Source of the DNA: a virus
Lineage: Duplodnaviria; Caudoviricetes
Reading direction: 5' to 3' (one strand)
Virus record (IMG/VR): IMGVR_UViG_3300004369_000597
Coordinates: 1-54,620 of that record
Length of the DNA: 54,620 nucleotides
A model generated the notes under the pieces. It ran no database searches. It worked only from the letters and a program-made list of their open reading frames with translations, and had not been told where the DNA came from. Positions 35,127 to 43,687 of this stretch are shown here, in pieces; position 1 is the stretch's first letter, and each line of letters starts with the position of its first letter. A program made the translations under genes and the position numbers.

Positions 35127-36257
35127 TTAAAATACACTACTATTTAGTCGTTGTTTTATAAAAAATCGCTCCACACAGTCAGCAATATAAACTACTTCAT
35201 TATCGTTAAGTTCAGGATAGATGGGAATACTTAATACAGACTTTGATAATACATGACCTGCACTTAAAATATCAGGCTTTTTAACACATCGGTCACTTAC
35301 ACCCAAATCTGATAAGACATAATCATAATGAATTTTAACATCAATATTTGAATGATCACTTAGATGAAGGTATAGTTCATCACGTATGTTTGGATCTACT
35401 CGTAACACAAACTTTTGATCCGCATGACGTTCACATCCTGCACTAAAACATGATATTTGTTCTAATTGTTCAAAACGTTCAAGGTAATACTGTCTGATTT
35501 TCTTTCTGCGTGATTGCCAATAATCAATATATTTTGTTCTTACTAAAATTTGGGCGCAATCTTGCTCACTCATTTTACTATTTGTACCTGTTTCATAGTG
35601 TCCAGGTTTGCCGTTGTCTCTATATTTAATTGCAAAATCGTATAGTTCTTTTTCATTAGTGACAATGGCGCCGCCATTACCTGATGACGGTAGATTTTTT
35701 GTAGGATCAAATGAGATAGCCATGCCTATACCAACATCACCGTCTGCTACTAACCAATGTTGTGCTCCGTCGATAATAGCAGGGAATTCAAATCGATCTT
35801 TAGGTATAGGACGTCCATACAAGCCTACATAACATTCTAATTTAGGATTTTCTGTATCTGTGTTTTGAACCATAATACCATCAGAGTCAACATCACACAG
35901 TTCTACGTTTAGTCCTGCATTAAAAAACGCATTTAATGTTGCAGGATAAGTTAAGTTTGGAACTCTAATTGTTTTATATGCTTCTTTGTCGTATACCCAC
36001 AATGCGTAAGGATCATTTTCAGGCATAGAACTTACTTCATAGGCGGCTATGATTTCTAATGCTTGTGTACCGCTATGACACAACACTGCATATTGTGTTT
36101 TTGTTTTTTGTTTTAACCATTCTTGGAATTCTTCTGCGAATGGGCCGTCGTTCCAGCAACCTGAAACTAAGGCTTTTTCAGTCGCATCCAGCAGTTGAGT
36201 TTTAATCTGCTGAGTTTGTCTTTTTAATCCAAAATGGGGAATTCGATAACCAATCAT
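35127..36257 (-). CDS. DegT/DnrJ/EryC1/StrS PLP-dependent sugar aminotransferase
   Basis: SGTQAL, TYPAT, IDGAQ, SFDPTKNL (PLP Lys), GGAIVT, LSIPIYP. Confidence 0.93.
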   Translation of the reverse strand: MIGYRIPHFGLKRQTQQIKTQLLDATEKALVSGCWNDGPFAEEFQEWLKQKTKTQYAVLCHSGTQALEIIAAYEVSSMPENDPYALWVYDKEAYKTIRVPNLTYPATLNAFFNAGLNVELCDVDSDGIMVQNTDTENPKLECYVGLYGRPIPKDRFEFPAIIDGAQHWLVADGDVGIGMAISFDPTKNLPSSGNGGAIVTNEKELYDFAIKYRDNGKPGHYETGTNSKMSEQDCAQILVRTKYIDYWQSRRKKIRQYYLERFEQLEQISCFSAGCERHADQKFVLRVDPNIRDELYLHLSDHSNIDVKIHYDYVLSDLGVSDRCVKKPDILSAGHVLSKSVLSIPIYPELNDNEVVYIADCVERFFIKQRLNSSVF

Positions 36258-37197
36258 AATATATTTTAAAACCTTCTTCTACGTCTACCTTGGGGTCGAA
36301 TTTAAAATCTTTTCTTGCCGCATCGATATTCAATGCTCCCCTACTTGGAAAATCTTTGTCTTTTGATTTTACTGTAATCTTGCCTTTACCTACAATATTT
36401 ACAGCAAGTTTAGCCGCTTCATATAATGAAACACTATGAGACTTAGTAATGTTGTACGTTTTATTTGCGGCTTTAGAACTAAACGTTGCGGCGGCAATAC
36501 CATCTGCGGCATCTTGTACATACGTAAAATCTAATGTTTCACTCTTGCCGTTAACTGAAAGGGTGCCGCCTTTCATAGCAGTAATTAAGAATTTAGAAAT
36601 AACTCTGTCTTCAACATCTAAAGGACCGTATACAGCACTTGGACGAATAATAGTGTGTTCCATACCGCATTGTCGGGTATAATCTCTGACTAACCATTCT
36701 CCTGCAAGTTTCATAATACCATATTGACCTTGAGGCTTGCAGTTATAATCTTCAGTAACTTGATCATCAAAATCACCATATACCATTGATGAACTGATGT
36801 ATGTAAAACGTTTTACATTGTGCTGTTTACTAAGTTCTAGTAAGTTGAGCAACCCTTCGCTCATTGCTCTACTTCCCGCCGTTGGATTGACGTTGACTAC
36901 TTTTTGCCTTGGAAAACTTGCTAAATGAATCACATGACTGAATTCATACTTTTCAAACAACGAAAGCATTTGTGGGCTTGCAATATCTATAGGATAAATA
37001 TTGATATCATTATTATTAGTTACTCTACTAGCAATAACTTTAAATCGTTCATTCATTAAATAATCGATTTCGTCCTGAGGCACCAAACCATATGTAGTTT
37101 TTGTATCAACAATAACGATGTTGTGGTCTTTCATAAGATTGACAACAACATTGTGTCCAATCAATCCCAAACCACCTGTAATTAATATATTACTCAA
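36202..37197 (-). CDS. NAD-dependent NDP-sugar epimerase/dehydratase
   Basis: TGGLGLIG, HLAS, SSSMVYG, YGIMK (YxxxK), DFTYV.D. Confidence 0.93.
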   Translation of the reverse strand: MSNILITGGLGLIGHNVVVNLMKDHNIVIVDTKTTYGLVPQDEIDYLMNERFKVIASRVTNNNDINIYPIDIASPQMLSLFEKYEFSHVIHLASFPRQKVVNVNPTAGSRAMSEGLLNLLELSKQHNVKRFTYISSSMVYGDFDDQVTEDYNCKPQGQYGIMKLAGEWLVRDYTRQCGMEHTIIRPSAVYGPLDVEDRVISKFLITAMKGGTLSVNGKSETLDFTYVQDAADGIAAATFSSKAANKTYNITKSHSVSLYEAAKLAVNIVGKGKITVKSKDKDFPSRGALNIDAARKDFKFDPKVDVEEGFKIYYDWLSNSPFWIKKTNSAD

Positions 37198-37447
37198 ATT
37201 TTAATCTCCACCAACATGCTTCTTCTTTAGTAAAGTAGCCATAAATTTTATATTCGTGTCCGTAGGTATAGGGGTTGTTTCCCCTCACCCATTTAGCAGT
37301 AGGATTACTTTTCTCCATGACCCATTTACCTGCATCAGTTTGTTGCCACTTGTAGATGGGTTCCGCAATCATAATATCAGGATCTTCTACATCGCCCATA
37401 TTAATAGTATGAACTAGAACCTGAACTGCATCTTTTTCATCTTTCAT
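37190..37447 (-). CDS. Hypothetical protein (85 aa)
   Basis: Coupled ORF in the thyA operon. Confidence 0.75.
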   Translation of the reverse strand: MKDEKDAVQVLVHTINMGDVEDPDIMIAEPIYKWQQTDAGKWVMEKSNPTAKWVRGNNPYTYGHEYKIYGYFTKEEACWWRLKFE

Positions 37448-37623
37448 TTTGACCTCTTGAACACCTTGTCCACAGTAGTTTTGACTGCGCCCGTTGCGGC
37501 TTTAGTCATTGCGTCTACATATGCTGTATACAATGCCTGTGCAAATTCTTTTTGTTTATCGCTTGGAATAAACAAATCTTGCACTTCATCAGGTGTCATG
37601 TCTACTTCAATTTTCACTTTCAT
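37444..37623 (-). CDS. Small protein (59 aa), MKVKIEVDMTPDEVQDLFIP...
   Basis: Below the ORF-track cutoff; GAGGA RBS, ATGA overlap downstream, fills the gap exactly. Confidence 0.75.
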   Translation of the reverse strand: MKVKIEVDMTPDEVQDLFIPSDKQKEFAQALYTAYVDAMTKAATGAVKTTVDKVFKRSK

Positions 37624-37632
37624 TATAGGTCC

Positions 37633-38463
37633 TCATACTGCCATGTTTGCTTTGATTTGCCCGTGACTTTTATAGTCTACTAATTTTACATCATCCATAG
37701 TGAACTTGTCAATATCTTTTACATCTGGATTTAACCAAAGCGTAGGTAAAGAATATTCTTGTCTGCTTAATTGTTCTTTAACTTGATCAACATGATCTTT
37801 ATAGATATGTGTGTCGCCTGTTGAAATAACAAGTTTACCTACTTTCATATCACATACTTGTGCGATCATATGAGTGAGCAAAGCATAACTAGCAATGTTG
37901 AAGGGGAGCCCTAAGAACGTGTCTACAGACCTCTGATACATGTGACAACTCAATTCATTGTTCTTGCTCACGTAGTACTGAGACATTACGTGACAAGGCG
38001 GAAGTGCCATCTGTTCTAGTTCGCCCACATTCCAAGCAGATAAAATATGTCTTCTGCTATTTGGATTAGTTTTTAGATTATGTATTAACTCTGCTATTTG
38101 ATCGGTTCCGGCCCAACTACGCCATTGCACACCGTACACTGGTCCAAGATCACCTTCAAACTCTGCTCGTTCTTTCCAATAAGGTGCCAGTGCGTTTGGT
38201 GTCCAAATAGTTACGTTACCTTCTCTTGTACCGTGAGTGATTTCTGCAAGTCTGCGTTCATCACGTGACCCTTCTAAGAACCAAAGCAGTTCGCCTTTAC
38301 ATGCTTTCCATGCTAACTTCTTGGTAGTGATGGCAGGAAAACCTTTTTGAAGATTAAATCTAAGTTGACGACCAAATATCGACTTAGTTCCTACACCAGT
38401 TCTATCATTTTTTTCTTCTCCGTTTTGGAGAATATCAATCAATAAATCATGGTACTGCTTCAT
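37633..38463 (-). CDS. thyA: Thymidylate synthase
   Basis: DRTGVGT, ELLWFL, YGVQWR, MALPPCH, YQRS.D..LG.PFN, HIY..H. Confidence 0.97.
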   Translation of the reverse strand: MKQYHDLLIDILQNGEEKNDRTGVGTKSIFGRQLRFNLQKGFPAITTKKLAWKACKGELLWFLEGSRDERRLAEITHGTREGNVTIWTPNALAPYWKERAEFEGDLGPVYGVQWRSWAGTDQIAELIHNLKTNPNSRRHILSAWNVGELEQMALPPCHVMSQYYVSKNNELSCHMYQRSVDTFLGLPFNIASYALLTHMIAQVCDMKVGKLVISTGDTHIYKDHVDQVKEQLSRQEYSLPTLWLNPDVKDIDKFTMDDVKLVDYKSHGQIKANMAV

Positions 38464-38479
38464 TTAATATTCCTATTAG

Positions 38480-38504
38480 AAAAAAGCCCTGTGAATACAG
38501 GGCT
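38480..38504 (-). terminator. Rho-independent terminator
   Basis: AGCCCTGT-ATTC-ACAGGGCT-TTTTT. Confidence 0.88.
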
Positions 38505-38508
38505 AAGA

Positions 38509-38808
38509 TTATGATAGAATGCGTAGCAAGTCATCGGTCTCAGGTTGCACTGTTAGTGCAATTTTTTCAACATTTAAAATAAAATCAATGTTTGTAATTT
38601 CTGATTCTAGTTCTTCTAGTTGACGACCTACTGCCATTTCTACTGATTCTGGGTCTAGCCCATTATTAAACAATCTTTCTATATTAATTGTTTTTTGCCT
38701 TCTACCGAGTTTTACGACTAGTTTTTTGATAAACTCAATTGGTATCTTGCTTTTATCAATATCCTCTAGGAGCTGTTCCCACTGTTGCAGGTGAGAGTCA
38801 TTCGACAT
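38509..38808 (-). CDS. Hypothetical protein (99 aa)
   Basis: GGGAG RBS; clean ORF. Confidence 0.8.
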   Translation of the reverse strand: MSNDSHLQQWEQLLEDIDKSKIPIEFIKKLVVKLGRRQKTINIERLFNNGLDPESVEMAVGRQLEELESEITNIDFILNVEKIALTVQPETDDLLRILS

Positions 38809-38821
38809 GTTTGACTCCCTA

Positions 38822-39517
38822 TTATTTAACTGCTACTTTTTTTGGTGTACGCTTAGTTGTTGCTTTAGGTTTAGTTACTCTTGCTGGCTTAGGTGCTAAT
38901 TTCTTAGCCTCTGCAATTAGTCTTTTAGACTCTGCCAGCAACGATTTTGCTTCTGCTTCCATGCGTTGTGCTTGAGAAGTAAAGTCAGCGGCTAGTGCTT
39001 CATCACTTAGCAAACCGTCAGCAGATTGTACATTAGTACCCATAGTAGGCATTGCTCGTTCTTTATCTCCGATAAGTGCCTCTTCCTTTCTGCGTCTGAC
39101 ATCGGCAGGATCTTGTAGACCCATTGATGCATCTGCTTCAGCAAGTTTACGTGTAGCATCTTCACCTGCTTTCATATCACGCAAGATTTTGTTTAGTTCA
39201 TCTAAACGAATCTGTGTGTTAGGCTGAGGTGTCATAACGATGTCTGCTGTTCTTACTTTCTTTAGCATGCCTTCAGCATGTAATACTTGTAAGATAGGGT
39301 TGCCGGCTCTAGTGAACTGACGATTCAATGCATTGGCTAGTTCATCACTGTTTTGTCCAATGTCACCCTCGATACACGCCATAAGCGGGTCGTGGATGTC
39401 TTGGTTTAGTAACTGTGTGTAAACTACCAAACACATATGTTCTTCGTTAGGAACTTCACGGAATACGACTGCTACTTTGCGGTCACCGTGTTTACCAACG
39501 TGTCGTAAAAAACTCAT
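38822..39517 (-). CDS. Hypothetical late protein with coiled coil and Lys/Ala/Thr-rich basic tail (231 aa)
   Basis: AGGAG RBS; TAAATA at 39546-39551. Confidence 0.8.
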   Translation of the reverse strand: MSFLRHVGKHGDRKVAVVFREVPNEEHMCLVVYTQLLNQDIHDPLMACIEGDIGQNSDELANALNRQFTRAGNPILQVLHAEGMLKKVRTADIVMTPQPNTQIRLDELNKILRDMKAGEDATRKLAEADASMGLQDPADVRRRKEEALIGDKERAMPTMGTNVQSADGLLSDEALAADFTSQAQRMEAEAKSLLAESKRLIAEAKKLAPKPARVTKPKATTKRTPKKVAVK

Positions 39518-39602
39518 ATTATTTCTCCTAGTAAAACTACATTTGTATTTATGGTGTTAATTGGGGTGTAAAAAATTTATTACGGAATTAATTTACCCTT
39601 TT

Positions 39603-39851
39603 TTAAGACCAAGTTAATTCCAATAAAAATGCTTCTTTAGGATCTTCAAATGCAAAACACTTGCGTTCCCAAATCAAATCATTGTGTGTTGCGCCGTCTA
39701 CAATAGAAAAGCGGCCTTTAGTATGGTCACATACCCACTCATACAAGTTATCATCTATATTAACAGTAGTGCGAGTAAAGTGTGCAGGACAATCTATAAT
39801 TTGTCTTTCTGCTACCCAGTGATCAACATTTAAATCGCTAATACTAATCAT
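39603..39851 (-). CDS. Hypothetical protein (82 aa)
   Basis: Coupled ORF; WV...GRF...AFED.KEA...LTW. Confidence 0.75.
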   Translation of the reverse strand: MISISDLNVDHWVAERQIIDCPAHFTRTTVNIDDNLYEWVCDHTKGRFSIVDGATHNDLIWERKCFAFEDPKEAFLLELTWS

Positions 39852-40131
39852 CTTTAACCAACTCGTAAATTGTTTCTGCTTGTTCTAATAGGTTCTTTAG
39901 CGTAGCAGAGTTTTCTGATGCCTGCAAAATATCTCTAAACTTGTGCCAGCGTTCATAAAAGGCTTTTTCTTTTAAATGGTCGGGGTCTTCAAATACCTTC
40001 ATGCGTTTGGATAAATGCTCTCCTAATGGCCTTGCGTACACTGTTTTACCCCCGTCAGGTGATTCATAGATAAACTTATCGTTAGGGCCCGCGTTAGCAG
40101 GCCTATGAGGTTCTAAATGTTTGTGTGTCAT
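39844..40131 (-). CDS. Hypothetical protein (95 aa, IYESPDGGKTVYAR motif)
   Basis: ATGA-coupled to the upstream gene. Confidence 0.78.
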   Translation of the reverse strand: MTHKHLEPHRPANAGPNDKFIYESPDGGKTVYARPLGEHLSKRMKVFEDPDHLKEKAFYERWHKFRDILQASENSATLKNLLEQAETIYELVKDD

Positions 40132-41426
40132 GCGGCCTTTCTACGTTTGTGATCATCATAGATCGCATAAGTACCAAACGGGGGATTCGGATCGGGGTCA
40201 CCATGAATGATCCACGTTGTGTCACAATAGTTAGAGTCACCCCAACTACCAAAAGGATAACCATCTGTGAATACTATTAGACGATTGGGTACACGACCTT
40301 CTTCTTTAAGATAGTTAAAGATAGAGTCAAAGTCGGTGCCACCACCGCCCATGATTTCGTATTCTTCGATATCCTCAAGGTTATCGCTGGTAAATTCTGC
40401 ATAGTTGTAAACTTGAGTATCGAAACAGTGAACACGCAACACATAGTTAGTGAACGTTTCCATAATTGATTTGACTTCAGACAAGAATGCAGTGCCTTGA
40501 TCGTAACCAATAGAACCTGACATGTCAAGGAAGATATCAACGTCAATCATTTCGCCGGGGATCATACCAGGTAAGATTGCATCCATGTGCCAAGACCTGC
40601 GACTAACACGCTGGAATGAGTAGTCACTAGATAGTGTGCTAGTCAAATTAGTGTTAAGTAGATCACTCCAAGGCATAACAGGATTAGTAAACTGCTTGAT
40701 CATGCGTTGTACACCAGCAGGGGTATTGCCAGCACCAGCAGCCTGAGCAGAATTCAAAATTGCTTCTTTGATTTCTTGCTTGAGTTGGTCCTTTTCTTCC
40801 TTAGACATTTTGACAGGACCCTTTTTACCTTCTTCGCCCTCGTTTTCGCCCTCAGCAGAACCCTCACCCTCACCTTCAAGGTGTTCATCTAGCAACATTT
40901 CGGCTAGTTGATCAATAGAAATCTTTTCTGCATTCTCATACAGAATGTCATAAATCTCCTCAGCAGGCTTGTCTGCATACTTGTGATCATACAAACAAGG
41001 AACAGTAGTGATAAACTCACCAACTCTGTGTTTTTTGAGGTCTGCATTAACTGCATAGTCATCAGCAATGTTCCACAGTTGAGGATCACGGTCGCCTCTA
41101 CGATCCATGTGATCGTAAACTACGTGAAGAACCTCATGTGCTACAAGAAACACAACCTCAGGTTGCTTGAGCATCATAATGAAACGTGAGTTGTAATAAA
41201 AATACTTGCCGTCAGTAGCGGCAGTTGGGCACCATTCATCAGCATTAATAAGTTGGAGCCTAGTAGCAAGATTACCAAAGAATGAATGTTTCATCAAAAG
41301 ACTGATGCGAGCAGTAACCAAACGCTCACGTGCCTCAGCATCAATTTTAGGGTCAGTTGGACCCACTAAATGTTGGAGTTTGGATTCTTTTGACTTTCCG
41401 TCGATTGAGTCAGTAATTTGAGACAT
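40128..41426 (-). CDS. HExxH metallopeptidase-like + VWA domain protein (DUF2201 type), MoxR partner
   Basis: TAATDG, HEVLH, WNIA.D..VN, MIDAS motifs DMSGS, GGGTDF, FTDG. Confidence 0.9.
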   Translation of the reverse strand: MSQITDSIDGKSKESKLQHLVGPTDPKIDAEARERLVTARISLLMKHSFFGNLATRLQLINADEWCPTAATDGKYFYYNSRFIMMLKQPEVVFLVAHEVLHVVYDHMDRRGDRDPQLWNIADDYAVNADLKKHRVGEFITTVPCLYDHKYADKPAEEIYDILYENAEKISIDQLAEMLLDEHLEGEGEGSAEGENEGEEGKKGPVKMSKEEKDQLKQEIKEAILNSAQAAGAGNTPAGVQRMIKQFTNPVMPWSDLLNTNLTSTLSSDYSFQRVSRRSWHMDAILPGMIPGEMIDVDIFLDMSGSIGYDQGTAFLSEVKSIMETFTNYVLRVHCFDTQVYNYAEFTSDNLEDIEEYEIMGGGGTDFDSIFNYLKEEGRVPNRLIVFTDGYPFGSWGDSNYCDTTWIIHGDPDPNPPFGTYAIYDDHKRRKAA

Positions 41427-41457
41427 TTATAAACTCCTTAATTGATTAATAGTAACT

Positions 41458-41486
41458 ATTATACTACCATTGGGTAGCAATGTCAA
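41458..41486 (-). promoter_or_regulatory. Consensus sigma70 early promoter TTGACA-17-TATAAT
   Basis: Perfect consensus; the spacer contains the inverted repeat ctacc-attg-ggtag. Confidence 0.9.
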
Positions 41487-41490
41487 GCCT

Positions 41491-42084
41491 TTATTCAGCA
41501 TCAAACCAACGCATATACAGCATAGTTACCCGATTTTTCTCTTTGGCCACGTATTCATGCCCCAAATTCATGTTATGTCCATATAATTGGTTAGTATTGG
41601 CCTTGGTCCTAACACCAATATTCCAAAACTCAGGTCCGTCAGGAGTAGGGGAAACCATAAACTCACTGTTTACTTCCTGATCAGTTATCGTGTACATAGT
41701 AAACCACAATTTTAATGGATCTTCTATGTGTTCAATAAGATTAAAATCCTTGTGCCACCCATAGTCATCACCCAATGGGTTAGGATTTGGGTTTACCAAA
41801 ACAGCAAAGTTAAACAAGACAGGTGTGACAACACCAGCATCTATCAATTTTCTTTCGTTCATTTCGATAAATTGTGCTACCACTTCAGGGACATTGGTTT
41901 TCAAAATGTCGTGGTTATCGTGTCTGTTATTCCAAACTAAAGTATCTTGCTCTGTAATATTGCCCTCTGTATCAATAAACAAGCCAGTCCCAAGATCATT
42001 ATTTACGGTAGTTAGTAACTGATCATGCAATCTTTGGTCTAAAAAATCGGACTCGTAAAACCAGCGGTATTTCGATTTATTCAT
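41491..42084 (-). CDS. Putative 2OG-Fe(II) oxygenase-like protein; start moved to ATG 42084
   Basis: WHKD (HxD) ... GH ... R.T pattern; TAAATA 5 nt before ATG. Confidence 0.6.
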   Translation of the reverse strand: MNKSKYRWFYESDFLDQRLHDQLLTTVNNDLGTGLFIDTEGNITEQDTLVWNNRHDNHDILKTNVPEVVAQFIEMNERKLIDAGVVTPVLFNFAVLVNPNPNPLGDDYGWHKDFNLIEHIEDPLKLWFTMYTITDQEVNSEFMVSPTPDGPEFWNIGVRTKANTNQLYGHNMNLGHEYVAKEKNRVTMLYMRWFDAE

Positions 42085-42115
42085 ATAAGTATTTACTACC
42101 AAAGAAAGACGTTAG

Positions 42116-42160
42116 AAAAGGGCGGGGAGAGTAAGGAATGTCTCGGACCCTACTCTCCCC
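42116..42160 (-). terminator. Long hairpin/terminator after the AAA ATPase gene
   Basis: GGGGAGAGTA...TACTCTCCCC 10-bp inverted repeat followed by GCCCTTTT. Confidence 0.65.
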
Positions 42161-42168
42161 TAGACCGA

Positions 42169-43263
42169 TCATTTGCGATCGGAAACGATATACTTTCCAT
42201 ATTTGGTATAGAAAGTATTGAAGTTTTTGAGTTGGGTAGGCTCAAAGGGCAGTTTGTAAGTAGTCAGTGCAATTTTTGCACCCATTACAACTAACTCAGT
42301 TTCAAAGTTATCCATCATAAAAGCAAAGAAGTTGTCACCCATTTCGTGGAACTTCTTGTTATCAACCTTTTTGACTTCAAGCGCCTCACGTAGTTCGTAG
42401 CACATTGAAACAGTCAACGAATACATAGCAGAGATTTCCTTGACTTTAAGTTCCTTGACCTTACCAGTCAATACATCAGACGGGTTAGGAAGTTTACCTG
42501 CCAGTTTACGATGGGCAAGAAACTTAGTAGACAGACCCTCACCTACAGTACCAGAAATCAGATTGTGCAGGTTAGTGTGATCTTCCTCAATGTCGAGCAG
42601 TTGACTTACAAACACCCAAGAACGGGGAGTAGCAAATGCACGGCTAGAAGATTTGCTGTCAAAATCATACAGGTCTTGCTTAGAGAATGACAAGTAACCA
42701 ACAACATCCTTGTGAATGTTGTTAAGTACGGCCCAGTCTTGCCAACATGCAAAATCGGGACGCAATTCAACGTGAATAAAACGATTAGCAAGGGGCATCG
42801 GCATGCGATAAGTAACACCCTTGTCAGTGTCACGGTTACCAGCGGCAACAATTACAACATTGTCAGGTAACACATACTTACCAACCCTGCGATTAAGAAC
42901 CAATTGATAACCTGCTGCCTGTACAGCAGGAGCCGCAGAGTTCATTTCATCGAGGAACAACACCACAATCGGATATTGACTAGCAAGCTCCTCATCAGGA
43001 AGATCGATTGGGGGAGCCCAATCCATTTTGCCATTGTCCTTGTTATAGAAAGGAATACCTCGTAAATCAGTAGGCTCCATTTGCGCCATACGCAAATCGA
43101 TCATTAAACCACCTAGATCAGAGGTCACTGATTCAACGATTTCAGACTTACCAACTCCGGGAGGACCCCAGAAGAAAATAGGACGTTTTACTTGAAAAGC
43201 AGTGTGAAGTGCTTTTTCGGCTTCGACTGCTGTAACAGTCAGGGTATCAGAAAATTGAGACAT
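42169..43263 (-). CDS. MoxR-like AAA+ ATPase
   Basis: WGPPGVGKS, DLRGIP, LFLDEMN, AAGNR, LANRF, TPRSW. Confidence 0.92.
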   Translation of the reverse strand: MSQFSDTLTVTAVEAEKALHTAFQVKRPIFFWGPPGVGKSEIVESVTSDLGGLMIDLRMAQMEPTDLRGIPFYNKDNGKMDWAPPIDLPDEELASQYPIVVLFLDEMNSAAPAVQAAGYQLVLNRRVGKYVLPDNVVIVAAGNRDTDKGVTYRMPMPLANRFIHVELRPDFACWQDWAVLNNIHKDVVGYLSFSKQDLYDFDSKSSSRAFATPRSWVFVSQLLDIEEDHTNLHNLISGTVGEGLSTKFLAHRKLAGKLPNPSDVLTGKVKELKVKEISAMYSLTVSMCYELREALEVKKVDNKKFHEMGDNFFAFMMDNFETELVVMGAKIALTTYKLPFEPTQLKNFNTFYTKYGKYIVSDRK

Positions 43264-43296
43264 TTGTATACTCCGTTATTTAACTTTACAATACTA

Positions 43297-43325
43297 ATTA
43301 TAGTGCCGGGTGAGGGTAATGTCAA
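43297..43325 (-). promoter_or_regulatory. Consensus sigma70 early promoter TTGACA-17-TATAAT
   Basis: Perfect consensus; upstream A-tract and AATCAATGACTTA motif at 43364-43376. Confidence 0.9.
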
Positions 43326-43373
43326 GCCTTTTTTGAAAAAAATTGATTTATTTTGCCCATATAAATCAATGAC

Positions 43374-43655
43374 TTAGTTCTCAGGCTCCATTAATTTGAG
43401 CATAAGTACCCATTTTTCGACCATTCCTATCTGCTCATGCATGTCTAAAACCTTCTTTTCCACAGGTTTGTAGTTTTTAGACTGTCTGGCTCTGATCTCT
43501 AATTTGCTTAGTTCATCGATTTGGGTACAGCAGTTTTGATACAGTTTACGGAGATCATAATTATAGCCACTCATAGACTTGATACTGTCATAGACTGTAT
43601 CATAATAGGATCTTGCTTCGACTGCGTTTTGGAACTTAATCTCACTCATACCCAT
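43374..43655 (-). CDS. Hypothetical helical early protein; true start probably ATG 43649
   Basis: Own consensus promoter immediately upstream. Confidence 0.78.
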   Translation of the reverse strand: MGMSEIKFQNAVEARSYYDTVYDSIKSMSGYNYDLRKLYQNCCTQIDELSKLEIRARQSKNYKPVEKKVLDMHEQIGMVEKWVLMLKLMEPEN

Positions 43656-43684
43656 ATTATAGTACCAGTGAAGTTAATTGTCAA
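43656..43684 (-). promoter_or_regulatory. Consensus sigma70 early promoter TTGACA-17-TATAAT (leaderless)
   Basis: Perfect consensus, 6 nt before ATG 43649. Confidence 0.88.
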
Positions 43685-43687
43685 GCC

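Noticed and set aside
653-38463. Introns, inteins or homing endonucleases in the usual hosts (helicase, uvsW, uvsX, terL, thyA)
   Set aside because: All are continuous and of normal length, with no intein termini or endonuclease motifs seen.
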